Positions 1 to 12,221 of a stretch of 64,000 nt of DNA are shown here, one piece after another (position 1 is the first letter of the stretch; every line of letters starts with the position of its first letter). Under the pieces are notes generated by a model. The model searched no databases, was not told where the DNA came from, and saw nothing but the letters and a program-made list of their open reading frames with translations. The DNA is from Eledone cirrhosa (Eukaryota): positions 26,474,001 to 26,538,000 of the forward strand of contig OZ024763.1 in the NCBI GenBank assembly GCA_964016885.1, read 5' to 3'. A program made the position numbers and the translations under genes.

Positions 1-460
1 TAAACCTGGGTATGAGAGGAATCTGAGGTGGTGTGCAGGAGAGAAGACTGCATTGGTACAGACATGCCAAGAAATCCCAGTGGAAGCAAGCTGCAATAGA
101 GGTAGACCTGAGTATGGTATGAGAGGAATCCGAGGTGGTGCGCAGGAGAGGAGACTGTGTTGGTACGGACATGTGATGTATATATAGATGGTAATCACTG
201 GGTGAAGAAGTGCCAAGAAATGCCAGTGGTAGGAAGTTGCAGTAGAGGTAGACCCGAGTATAAGAGGAGTCCGAGGTGGTGTGCAGGAAATGCCAGTGGA
301 AGTAAGTCGCGGTCAACGTAGACCAAGAAAAACCCAGGCAGAAATGTGAGAGCTGACCTCAAATCGCAGACACTCACAGAGGAGATGACAAAGGAACACA
401 AGTGAAGAGATGCTGAAAAGGACCCAAACAACCCACACAAGTGTGAGAGAATGGCCGTAA
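1..460 (+). mobile_element. Degenerate RTE LINE 3' fragment with internal duplications
   Basis: Repeated GAGAAGACTG..TGGTACGGACATGTGATG (RRLRWYGHV) and TGGGTGAAGAAGTGCCA blocks resembling 15946-16320; frames are broken. Confidence 0.7.
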
Positions 461-475
461 AAACAATTATGAGGG

Positions 476-880
476 TTAGATAGGTAGATAGATAGATAGA
501 CAGACAGATAGAGAGGTAGATAGATAGGTAGATAGGTAAATAGGCAAATAGGTAGACAGACAGATAGATAGACAGATAAATAGGTAAATAGGCAAATAGG
601 TAGACAGACAGATAGATAGACAGATAAATAGGTAGGTAGATAGATAGATAAGTAGATAAACAGATAGATAGATAGCTAGATAGATAGCTAGATAGCTAGA
701 TAAGCAGATAGATAGATATATGTTTATTTGCCACAAGGGCGCACAAGAAATGGGACATTACAAGACGTGATGGCGGGGTTTTTACATAAAAGTTGTGTAG
801 ACAAATATGTAGGCAGATAGGCAGATAAATAGATAGGCATATAGCTAGATAAACAGGAAACCAGAGAGAGACAGGCAAAC
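476..880. repeat. (GATA/GACA)n microsatellite carrying a dispersed repeat end (homologue at 35357-35560)
   Basis: TTTATT.GCCACAA.GGC.CACAAGAAA.GGGACA occurs at ~722 and twice at 35373-35520; minus-strand AATAAA followed by a (TCTA)n tail suggests a LINE 3' end. Confidence 0.55.
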
Positions 881-1039
881 AGATAGCAACCATTATAGAA
901 TTAGGTTTAATTAGTTTTACTGCAATTTCATGTAACAATGTGACAGTACACAAAAATGGGTTTTAATACATTGGTATAAAATACAACAATAAACATTCCA
1001 GAAACACTTTCAAGTAGGAATTTAGGCAGCTATCATCAT

Positions 1040-1895
1040 CATCAGCTTTATTACTGTTTGATGTCAATTTTCCATGCCTATGTGGAGTGGTTTAACCGGC
1101 ATGGAGCGGAGTGGTTTAGACAAGTTGTCAGGCTTCACAAAACAGAAATAAGGTGGCAATGTCTTGCTTGTACATTCTGTTTTTTAGCTTCGTTTCTATG
1201 TGTAGGTGCCCTTCCTCATGCCAATCACTTTACAGAGTGGACTGGGTGTTTTTTGTCATGGTGCCAGCATTACCACTTTACAGGGTAGACAGGATGCTTT
1301 TGAAGATAGTACAAGCACTATCATTTTACAGGGAGGACTAAGTGCTTTTTAAGATGGCGACAGCACTAACTGCCACTTCTGGGCACTTTTTATCATGGCA
1401 TCAACACCACCACTTTACAGAGTGGACTGGGTGTTTTTTGCCTTGGCACCAGCACCTCATTACAGGGAGGAGTGAGAGCATTTTATCATGGCACCAGCAC
1501 AACCACTTTACAGGGTAGACTGGGTGCTTTTTCATAGTACCAGCACCAACACTTTATAAGTTAGATTGGATGCTTTTGAAGATGGTACCAGCACCACCAC
1601 TTTAAAGGGTGAACTGGGAGCATTTTATCATGGCACCAACCTTCCACTTTACAGAGTGGACTGGGTGTGTTTTATCATGGCAACAGCACCACCACTTTAA
1701 AGGGTGAACTGGGAGCATTTTATCACGATACCAGTCTATCGCAGATACTGCTGGTACTCATTTTCAACTAAATATACTGGAACAACATGAAATTAAGTGT
1801 TTGTTTTTTCCTCAAGAACACAACATAGTCCAGGAATAGACAGAACCCATGACATCATGATCCTAATTCCAACACCCTAACCACTAGGTCACATA
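1040..1895 (-). mobile_element. Old tRNA-CORE SINE with an internally expanded ~40-bp unit
   Basis: Degenerate tRNA/CORE head at ~1780-1895; about 12 copies of CACTTTACAG.GT.GACTGGGTG.TTTT.TCATGG.ACCAGCAC; RTE-like tail at 1040-1100. Confidence 0.65.
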
Positions 1896-1919
1896 AAACA
1901 GGTATAATACCCTTTAAAT

Positions 1920-2580
1920 CAGGGGTGTGTCGCAGGCGGCCCGTGGGCAACAATCCGGCCCACCAGACCTGTCAGAGTGGCTCGCAATGACCATTTTGAA
2001 TATTTACCTTGGACTTATGGAGGCACATGGCTTAGTGGTTAGAGCATTGGCCTTGCAATCGAAAGGTTGTGAGTTCAATTCTCAGACCGGGTGATGTGTT
2101 GTTTCCTTGAGCAAGACACTTTATTTCACATTGCTCCAGTTTACTCAGCTGTAGAAATGAGATGATAGGGACTGGGGTCCCTATCATTCCACTGTAAAGT
2201 GGTCGTGGAGGTGCCATGGCAAAAAAGCACCCAGCACTCACTGTAAATGAGGTTGGTGTTAGGAAGGGCATCCAGCTGTAGAAATCATGCCAGAATCAGT
2301 TCCCGTCCCACTCTTGCAAGCAGGGAAAAGCGGACGTAAAATGAAGATGATGATGATGACTTATTTAGAATATTTTTGTAACCGTAATACAATCTTCAGT
2401 TAGTTGACCTATACTAAAGGGTTTCACTGACAGGGTTATGTGTGTTATAATTTCCCAGTTCTGTGTTATGGAAAGAAGTTGTGGTTTTCATTAGATTACA
2501 TATTTTTGGCAGTGACTGGCCCTAATAGTTGTTCTAATGTTCAAAAGTGGCCCACCAATGGAATATGTTGCACATCCCTG
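1920..2580. mobile_element. Non-autonomous hAT (Charlie-like) element interrupted by a SINE
   Basis: Ends CAGGGGTGTG / CACATCCCTG; subterminal CGGCCC motifs; imperfect 8-bp TSD CTTTAAAT/TTTTACAT. Confidence 0.7.
2019..2357 (+). mobile_element. Young tRNA-derived CORE-type SINE with RTE tail
   Basis: A box TGGCTTAGTGG; B box GAGTTCAATTC; MIR-CORE-like CCTTGAGCAAGACACTT..CTCAGCTGTAGAAATG; (GAT)n tail; 7-bp TSD GACTTAT. Confidence 0.9.
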
Positions 2581-3087
2581 TTTTACATTATCCTCAAGTA
2601 GAATCAGCACACCAGAATGTGTGAGACAATCTGAATTGTAGGCACAATCCATCTGACAGGCTTCTGCTCAGTTTCTGTCAACCAATACATATTCCTTTAC
2701 AAGATTTAGCTTGAACCAAGGTTATAGTAAACCACACTGCCCCCACCCACCATCACCATCACCACCACCACCACAAGGTGGTATTGAACCCAGGACTCAA
2801 TGAATACAAAGTGAACTTCCTAACAATTCGGTCATACTGTGTCTGTCCATGGCGAAAGGTACAACGAAGAGATAATATCTCACATTTACACACACGCATT
2901 GTGTGTGTGTGTGTGAGAGAGAGTGTGTATGGGAAAAGTAAATGGAAAAACACATCAGCTGATAATGTATAATGAAGATATATATTAGTTTCACGCTTAA
3001 TATAGAAGGGAAAGTCATATATATATATAAATATATATATGTGTTTGTGTGTGTATATATATGTGTGTGTGTATGTATGTATGCATA

Positions 3088-3177
<90 letters not shown>

Positions 3178-3713
3178 TGTGTGTGTGTGTATGTGTGATT
3201 ACATAACATTCACATTTTCACATTCCAGTTTGTTATGCTTCAAGAGTCTTGGCTCATTCCCTTCAGCTGAGAGAATTTTTAGCTTATGATCACACCACCA
3301 CTACAACAACAACAACAACAACCACTGCACTACCACCATCACTACTACCACCACCACCACCACCACAAGCAGCTGACTAATAATATACTTAAGTGTGCTT
3401 CTAACATTAGTAACTATGACCATGACTAAATACTTTGGTCATGTCAAATGGATTCTTCTACTTATTATAATTGTTATAAGATTGGCAGAATCGTAGAGCG
3501 TAGGAAACCCTGCCTTGCAGCTTAGAGTTACCTTCCTTTACACTCTTGAGTTCAAATCTCACTGAGGATAGCTTTGCATTTCATCTTTACGGAGTCGACA
3601 AAATAAAGTACACCACTGGGGTCGATTTAATCAAGTCCCCCCCCCCCCCCCACCTCCCCGAATTGCTGGCTTTGTCCCTAGAGTAAATTTTTACATTCTG
3701 AGTTCAAATCCCA

Positions 3714-3762
<49 letters not shown>

Positions 3763-3971
3763 CCCACCTATATATATATAATTAAAAAACAAAGCTTATC
3801 AAATAGAACTGACACAGCCTCGATAATCTCGTATATTCCATTAACGCTGTATCATTAAAATGCAAACCCAACAAAACAAGAGTGTACACTTACATTAATC
3901 ACTGAGAAAAAAAAATAACATATAGAGAGAGAGAGAGAGAGAGTGTGTGTGTGAGACATATATATATATAT

Positions 3972-4486
3972 TTATAGAATGGAAAACGAAAAATCAGTGA
4001 TGCATCAGAACTCAATTTATTGTGTGTTACAATTGTTTCCTGGATCGCACCTCGAGTGTTTGCCGGGGAAACAATTGTAACACACAATAACTGGAGGCAC
4101 ATGGCTTAGTGGTTAGAGCATTGGGCTTGCAATCAAAAGGTTGTGAGTTCAATTCTCAGACCGGGTGATCTGTTGTTTCCTTGAGCAAGACACTTTATTT
4201 CACATTGCTCCAGTTTACTCAGCTGTAGAAATGAGATGATAGGGACTGGAGTCCATATCATTCCACTGCAAAAGTGGTCGTGGAGGTGCCACGGCAAAAA
4301 AGCACCCGGCACTCACTGTAAATGAGGTTGGTGTTAGGAAGGGCATCCAGCTGTAGAAATCAAGCCAGCATCAGTTTCCGTCCCACCCTTGCAAGCAGGG
4401 GAAAAGCAGACGTAAAATGAAATGATGATGATGATGAATAAATTGAGTTCTGATGCATCACTGATTTTTTGTTTTCCATTCTATAA
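3972..4486. repeat. Palindromic Penelope-like remnant split by a SINE
   Basis: Left arm 3972-4040 is the reverse complement of 4066-4090 plus 4437-4486; contains the hammerhead 3' half GAAAC-AATT-GTA. Confidence 0.7.
4093..4436 (+). mobile_element. tRNA-CORE-RTE SINE copy
   Basis: Near-identical to 2019-2357; TSD AATAA. Confidence 0.9.
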
Positions 4487-4610
4487 TACTCTGCTCCGTA
4501 GGAGCATAGAGTGCTCAACCAGCATACCGTCTATGGAAGCATCTTAGCTACCATTAGACATATATATATATATATATATTTAATTACATAATAAACAATA
4601 CAATATAATT

Positions 4611-4672
4611 ATTCCGTTACCAAAAGTTTCAGGAAGCTAGTCGAAATGTCCAGCTCATTCATCAGATGGAAT
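4611..4672 (-). ncRNA. Minimal type I hammerhead ribozyme (Penelope-like pLTR)
   Basis: Minus strand reads AUUCCAU-CUGAUGA-[stem II GAGCUGG/CUAGCUU]-GAAA-C UUUUG G-UA-ACGGAAU; stem I 6/7 bp; GUA cleavage triplet. Confidence 0.7.
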
Positions 4673-5942
4673 TGTTAACTAGTTATCTAAATAGCTCTGT
4701 ACTATACATAGAGCACTCTTCTTTCCTTTACCTTTTCTACGGAAATACTTAACATATGTGTGTGTGTTTATATATATATATATATAAAATAATAATAATA
4801 CTGAAACAAAATCATTGGATAGGACGGAAACACCTTTGAGCGTTTTGCCAGTCACTCAATGCTTTAATTAAGCCAGTATCATAAAGATACCAATTAGCCA
4901 ACACCAATATAACATTATAACCTGACCCGACTTGTCACACAACAAGTTGTCACGTTGAGACAAGTCAGGTCAGATCAGGTGGCCACGGCTTGCTCATATA
5001 GATATGATGTGTATAATATGACTGTAATATGACTATTGTGTTAAGACTAGCCAAGAGATCCTAGTGGAAGGAGCTACAGTAGAGAGGAAGACCAAGGAAA
5101 AGGTGGTACCCCAGTGGAAGGTAGCTACAGTAGAGGAAGATCAAGGGAGAGCTGGTGCAAAAGTGGTCAGAACTGATCTCAAAAGGGTTAATATGGTATG
5201 TATATGGTATGACGAGTGAACAAGTGTCAAGAGGTCCCAGTGGACAGCAACTACACTAAAGGAAAATCAGGAAAGAGCTGGTACAAGAGTAATCAACCCT
5301 TTAGCATTTACATTACTCTATATTTACTATTGTATTTTCATGGTAAAGGCTTTACCTCACATAATAGTGAATCTATGAGATTTTGATATTTATTTTGAGA
5401 ACAATACCTTAACATCAGTATGAGTGGCTGGTTACAGCTGGTTTGAACAGAAAGAGGTGAGAGAATCCTGGCCGGAATGCTGATCCCAAATTAGTGAACC
5501 TCAGTGAGATGACGAAGAAATGCAACGAGTGGAAAAGGCCAATCCAACCCAAGCAAACTAATGTAAAATGCTGATGGAACAGTTTTAAAAGAAATAGTTT
5601 TTTCATCATAAAACCAGGAGGTGGCTTCAGGCAGTTTGATATCACAAGGGTAGACTTCAAACTTATAATGGAATGTTTGCTATGATATGAAATACAAACT
5701 TCGCTCAACATTATCAGGCTTATAAATTCATTTAGAATTCCACCAAGTAATAAAACTGTCAAACACATCACATATGCTAAAATATTATTATTATTATTGT
5801 TATTATTGTTGTTGTTATTCCCGCCGAGGTTAACTTTGCCTTTCATCCTTATGGGGTCGATAAAATAAAGTACCAGTAATACACTGAGTAATTGCTGGCC
5901 TTGTGCCAAAAAGTAGAAACAATTATTATTATTATAAGAGAG

Positions 5943-6350
5943 TGGTGGATTGGCAGTATCGGTTGAGCGTCGAACAATATACTTTATGATCTGAGTTCAA
6001 ATCCTGCAGAGGTTATCTTTGCTTTTCATCCTTATGGGGTCGATAAAATAAATTACCTGTCATGCACTGGAGATTGATTTAATTGACTTTGCCCCCTCAC
6101 CAAAATTGCTGGCCTTGTGTCTAAAATCAGAAACCATTATTTTTATTACAAGAGGATTGGCAGTATTGGTAGAGTGTCAGACGCCATGCTTTGCAGCATT
6201 TAGTTACGACCCCTTACATTCTGGGTCAAATCTTGCCACGGTTAGATTTGCCTTTCATCCTTACAGGGGTCAGTGATATAAAGTACCAGTTAAGTACTGG
6301 GGTCAATTTAATTGACTTCCCTTCCCCAAAAACTGTTAGCCTTGTGCCAT
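5943..6350 (+). mobile_element. Two tandem copies of a second tRNA-SINE family
   Basis: Head GGTGGATTGGCAGTATCGG; B box GAGTTCAAATCC; body TTTGCCTTTCATCCTTACGGGGTCGATAAAATAAAGTACCAG; tail GCTGGCCTTGTGCC..AGAAAC(ATT)n. Confidence 0.8.
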
Positions 6351-7882
6351 TAATAAGCTGGTGTTTATTTGGAAAATAACTGAACAAAGAGTTCTTACAT
6401 AAAATCATAACAGAAGATTTTATATCGATATAATCATCAACATCATTTAACATACTACAGACAGTTTCTCTGCTAGCAAGGGTTGGAGAAACAGTTTAAA
6501 AGAAACAGTTTTGTTTGATAAAACAGGGGTTGGAAGGTGGCAGATCCAAGTTTAAATGAGGCACTAGAATGGTGGCTAGGTCTCGTCCATTTACAATTGA
6601 AGTTCCTAAATACAATCGCTAATTCTATTCAGATAGTTTCTTCCCTCACACATCTCACCTATGAAATTCTCTTCCAGCTTCTTGCCTTCCTGACCTCTAA
6701 CTACCAAAAGCAACATCAATCATCATCCTCTCTCTTCTTGAATTGTGTTCTCTGTCATGTCTTTTTCCCTTCTCAGTAATCCCATGTTCACTGTTTAGTC
6801 CTCCCTTCACAGTAACCCCTCGGATTTTAGTGGCTTTATTGTGTCTTTTCCTTCTCCCTTCTGAGTAAAACCTTGCATTTTAGTGTTTTTATTGCCTTAC
6901 TTGGGGGTCATGTTTTCTGTTTTGTCCTCCCTTCACAGTAACCTTGGAATTTAGTGGCTTCCTTGCCTTATTTAGGGTCATGTCCTCTCTGTCTTGTCCT
7001 CCTTTCTCGATAACCTCTGGCATTTTAGTGGCTCTATTACCACTCTGTTGCCATACTTGGGGTTATGTTTTCTCAGCAACACCTTGCATTTTAGTGGAAG
7101 GGTCAACTACTGTGGTGAAGACAACAATATCAACAACAATGTGCTCCATTATCTTCCTTCAAGTGTCCAGAATTAACAATTGACACCATTCCAACGAGAT
7201 CTTATCAACCAAACAACAGAACTGGACTATAAACTGTAAACAAAGTTCAGAAACATGTTTAATAATATCTAGCTTGGTCCAGATACTGCGCATTTCAAAG
7301 TCAAACTATTATCATTGTAGAACACACACCCATATACATACACACACACATATATATATATATACATATACACACACATACACACATCAACAAACACACA
7401 TACACCCAAAACACACACAAACGCACACATATATATATACTGTTCAGATAACAAGATGTAGTTGGTCATAAGACTTTTATCATGTTAGAAAGAATAAACA
7501 TCACCTTTCAGATGTCACACACACAATCCTATCTAACAGTCCTATCACACATACACAAAAACACACACAAACAGACAGTTCTATCTAACATACACACACA
7601 GTCCTATCTAACATACTCATACACACACCTTTTCCAGAAAAATACATGAACAACCAGTATAAGTGACTTATCTAGAAGACCTGCAACACCTCAATTCAAA
7701 ATATATTTTATATATATATATATATATTATATATATATAACACCAAAGTTTATATGGTTCATTGATTATTCAAAAAATACAATTTTACAATAGATTAGAA
7801 GCACTTGACAGTAAAATTTTTCTGGGGTATTTAATATTATCCAAAATATTAATAAATGAAAAATATTCTCATAATCAAAATA

Positions 7883-7949
7883 TATATTTTATTATACATA
7901 TTTCAAAGGTACAATGGTGTTTAAGTACGTTTTCATCAGATAAAATATA
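7883..7949 (-). ncRNA. Minimal type I hammerhead ribozyme (left arm of palindrome)
   Basis: UAUAUUUUAU-CUGAUGA-AAACGUAC..GUACCUUU-GAAA-UAUGUA-UA-AUAAAAUAUA; 10-bp stem I. Confidence 0.75.
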
Positions 7950-8057
7950 AGATTGGATATGTGACATACCGCTATGGTTTTGATTATTCAATTCCAATAG
8001 TGCCACTATTAGAATTGAATAATCAAAACCGTAGCGGTATGTCACATATCAAATCTC

Positions 8058-8126
8058 ATATATTTTATCTGATGAAAACGTACTTAAACACCATTGTACC
8101 TTTGAAATATGTATAATAAAATATAT
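8058..8126 (+). ncRNA. Minimal type I hammerhead ribozyme (right arm of palindrome)
   Basis: Perfect 11-bp stem I AUAUAUUUUAU/AUAAAAUAUAU; CUGAUGA 8069-8075; GAAA 8104-8107; AUA cleavage triplet. Confidence 0.75.
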
Positions 8127-10293
8127 ATTTTGATTATGAGAATATTTTTCATTTATTAATATTTTGAATAATATTAAATATATATATATATAATATTATT
8201 GGCAGTGGATTATATATATATATATATATATATAATATTATTAGCAGTGGTTTGGGAGTATCGGTAGAGGGGCGGACGCCATGCTTTGACGTATAGAGTT
8301 ACGGCCCTTGCCATTCTGAGTTTTCATCATAAAACCAGGAGGTGGCTTCAGGCAGTTTGATATCACAAGGGTAGACTTCAAACTTATAATGGAATGTTTG
8401 CTATGATATGAAATACAAACTTCGCTCAACATTATCAGGCTTATAAATTCATTTAGAATTCCACCAAGTAATAAAACTGTCAAACACATCACATATGCTA
8501 AAATATTATTATTATTATTGTTATTATTGTTGTTGTTATTCCCGCCGAGGTTAACTTTGCCTTTCATCCTTACGAGGTCGATAAAATAAAGTACCAGTAA
8601 TGCACTGGAATAATTGCTGGCCTTGTGCCAAAAGTAGAAACAATTATATATATATATATATATCTTGTATTCACAAAGTCAGAAAGTGAAACATCTTATA
8701 TTCATGTAAACCATTTATTTATAACAGCTAAATCACGCTGTCTTAGTGCTACTACTAATCTATATTATGATTACTATAGGCACAGGGCCAGCAATTTGGA
8801 GGGAGTGGAAAGTCAATTAAATCGACCTCTGTGTACTGGTTGGTACTGGTGTGTTACTGGTACTTTATTTTATCAACCCCGTAAGGAAGAAAGGCAAAGC
8901 TAATCTCGGTGGGACTTGAACTCAGAACATAAAGAGCCATAACACTGTGCTGCAAAGCACGGTATCTGATGCTCTACTGATTCAGCCAATCCACCACCCT
9001 ACTAATCTATATTATAAGAACACTGACTGTCCGCCCGTCATGCTCACTATCTTTAGAGAGATGGGACAAAAGGGGGTAGATAGAAAGTTACGCTGTCACC
9101 CTCATCTATATAGAGAGGGGGAGAGGCAAGCAAGAGATATGTACATAGAGAGAAAAAAGGGAACATCATGTGTTTTCGAGGTGATAGAAAAATGTAGATA
9201 GACAAAAAGCTAGGACATTGCCTTCATCTATATAGAGACAGGGGGAGTGTCAAGCAAGGGATGTGTGTGTAGAGAGAGAGAGAGTGAGTGAGAGTGAGTG
9301 AGAGTGTGTGTGCATGTGAGAGAGAGAAAGATATCACCATCTAGCTAATTATAACAAGACCCAGTGTGTTCTATATGCTGTGTGTGTGTGTTTCTATACA
9401 ATATACATATGAGAGCCTCACTATTTATCAAATAAAAAAAATATGTATACGTTAAGAAAAAAAAATTTTTTTTCTATTTTACTGTGAACACATCTCAGAG
9501 ATCTCAGTGGCTAATTAATTGTAATCAGGCAAGTTATCACTATATGCAAATGAGCATTGCCAGCCGATAACTGCTATTATATTTTTGTTAATCAATTGAC
9601 AAGATCCCAGACCTCATTTGCTTACCGATTGGGGGAAGAACTTATCAAATCAGACCAAGAAAACAATGTTTCCATACGTCTTTCCATTGCTGATACTATC
9701 AACCAGCCATAACTCCTAGCAGAAAGAACAATGTGAAATAAAGTGTCTTGCTGAAGGACATAATGCATTGGCAAATCCAGGAATCAAACTCACATCTGTG
9801 AATCCAACTCTCTAACCACTCAGCTACACACCTTCACAATGTGTGCGTGCGAGACTAAACTGTAATATCAATGAAACAGTAAAGTCACGCAACAATAAAC
9901 TACCACCACCAACACTAGTAGAGGTGGTGGTGGTGGTGGTGGTGGTGGTGGTAACAACATCAAAGGTTAACTCATTATTCCTTGGTTGAGCTGACAAGTC
10001 AACATTTTAAACGTGAAGTCAAATGTGAAGTCATCGCTGAAATATTTGATTCTAAATATGGAAACAGTAAAATTAGTTTCATTAAGCTACACAAGTTGTC
10101 TCCAAAACCAGATAAGAGATACACTATATATTTGTCACCATCATTATCATCATCATTTAACCTCCATCTTCCATGTTAGCATGGGTTGGACGGTTTTGTT
10201 CCACTTGAGGCAAGATTGGTCGGGAGGCCGTGTCTCACTTGTACAGAACTGCCTTTGGCAGATTTTCCACGGCTAGATGCCCTTCCTAACACC

Positions 10294-10336
<43 letters not shown>

Positions 10337-11250
10337 GTTATGCAAGAAATGCTGAGGATTATCCTGAATGCTGTAATGGTTAATTACTACACTAGATAGA
10401 GTCGACGTACGGTGAGGGGTTACTCAACGAGTTATGGAAGAATAGTTGGAAAAACTCAGTTTCTGATCCTTCTGTATTCCAGAGTGTAGATAAAGAATGA
10501 ATAATAACAGGTAGACATCATAAAAAGGTAATTTATTCTGTGTGCTTACAAATGTTTCAACAGTAGTTATACAGCCTAGACATGCTATGTGCAAATTGGT
10601 GATTATTTGATGGCAGAAACTCAATTTTCAAATGCTGCGACTACCGTTTCCTCAGCGCAGAATGGTTAAAATGTAAATACCCTTGTATTTCTTAAAGGAA
10701 GTTATTGGAGAAGATGGAGTAGAAAGGATGAGAGAAAGATGGGGGGGGTGTAGGGGTTGGAGAAGTGGGAGAGAGCGGTTTGAAGAATACAGATAGCTTA
10801 ATCAAAATGTTGAATGGCGCGGGGGGTGGGCTACACTATATATATATATATATATATATATAGTGTACCCCCGACATTCACGGTCCTGTTTATTTGTGGA
10901 ATATTCACTAAATTATTAATAACAATATACTGTATTTGCCGGCCTATTGGACACCCCTTTGTATAATATGCCCCCCCCCCCTTTTTTTTATATTATATCT
11001 TACATTATATTTTGACGCTTATAGGCATTTTTATGGACCACGTCCAATATTCGCGGGTGCTCTAAGAACGCAACCCCTGTGTGTCTCTTACTTGTTCCAG
11101 CCATCTGGAAGACTCAGTCCAGAAACAGCTGTTGAAATGGCTTGAGCTCTGCCGTCGGGGTTAAACATTTTCCTATTACCCACTCTACTACCCTAAGTAT
11201 TGAGTACTCTGGTGCATTATGGTCCACCTGGTTCCATATCACACCTCCTC

Positions 11251-11309
<59 letters not shown>

Positions 11310-11310
11310 T

Positions 11311-11620
11311 CATCATCATCATCATCATCGTTTAACGTCCATGTTCCATGCTTGCATGGGTTTGGACGGAGGGTTTTCCCACTTGAGGCAAGAGTGGTTA
11401 TCTTGCTCGCTACGGTGGGTTTTCTACAGTTGGATGCCCTTCCTAACACCAATCACATTTACAGTGTGGGGCTGGGAGGTTACCGTGTTGCCTACACGGC
11501 CACATTACAGCGTGGACTGTGTGTTTTTTTGACGTGACACCTACACGATCTCATTTGTTTCGGCCTGGATGTTGTGGCACCAACATAACTTTACATTGAA
11601 AGGGGCGGTGTGGATGGGGT
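11311..11620 (-). mobile_element. 5'-truncated RTE LINE 3' UTR (sister subfamily)
   Basis: GGTTGGTGTTAGGAAGGGCATCCA core; CCCATGCAAGCATGGAACATGGACGTTAAAC(GAT)n tail; matches 51631-51882 and 61049-61406. Confidence 0.8.
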
Positions 11621-12178
11621 ATATATATATATGTATATATATATGTATCTATTATATTATATACATATATACAGTTCTGTTTGCATGCCAACACAAGAGC
11701 GAGAATGAGGGGCTCATTCTACTGACATGGCTTATAAAAGAGGCATAATTGCAAACGAATCGAATATCATTATTAATATTACGGTCTGAGTTCAAATCCC
11801 GTCGAGGTTAACTTTGCCTTTCATCCTTACGGGGTCGATAAAATAAAGTACCAGTAATGTACTGGGTAATTGCTGGCCTTGTGCCAAAAAGTAGAAACAA
11901 TTATTAATATTCAAAAAACTCAGATTACATTTATTGTATTCAGCCATGTAGAGTGATAACTAGCCGTTAGTTACACATATATATATTATTAATTTAAATG
12001 ATTTAAGTTTGATTCAGTATATGTACATAGTTCTGTCTCAACTTGATATATGAAAAAATGTTTGTATATCATTTAAATTTGTATAAATTGTGCTCTTAGT
12101 TTAATGTTGATTGAGCTTTCTTTGTTGATTAACTTAATATACAGTGTATTTTATATGTATAGTTTTAACTTAATTATA

Positions 12179-12221
<43 letters not shown>

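Larger units (their letters stand above)
7828..8180. repeat. ~350-bp near-perfect palindrome (arms ~175 bp, 1-nt centre at 8003)
   Basis: Centre AATAGTG-C-CACTATT; about 4 substitutions and one 2-nt indel between arms; (TA)n flank. Confidence 0.95.

Noticed and set aside
2019-2091. SINE heads as tRNA genes
   Set aside because: A and B boxes are present, but the acceptor and anticodon stems do not pair and the heads run into the SINE body
2032-2271. Recurrent 79-aa ORF MPFLTPTSFTVSAG.. (also at 24930 and 48723)
   Set aside because: Antisense translation of the SINE; it recurs because the repeat recurs
6659-6700. Possible 42-nt minus-strand exon (ttttggtag|..ATAG|gtgaga)
   Set aside because: Weak sites, phase incompatible with the SPEN exon, and no recognisable peptide
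9544-9551. Octamer ATGCAAAT and other single TF motifs (e.g. TGAGTCA near 45954)
   Set aside because: Expected by chance in 64 kb of AT-rich DNA
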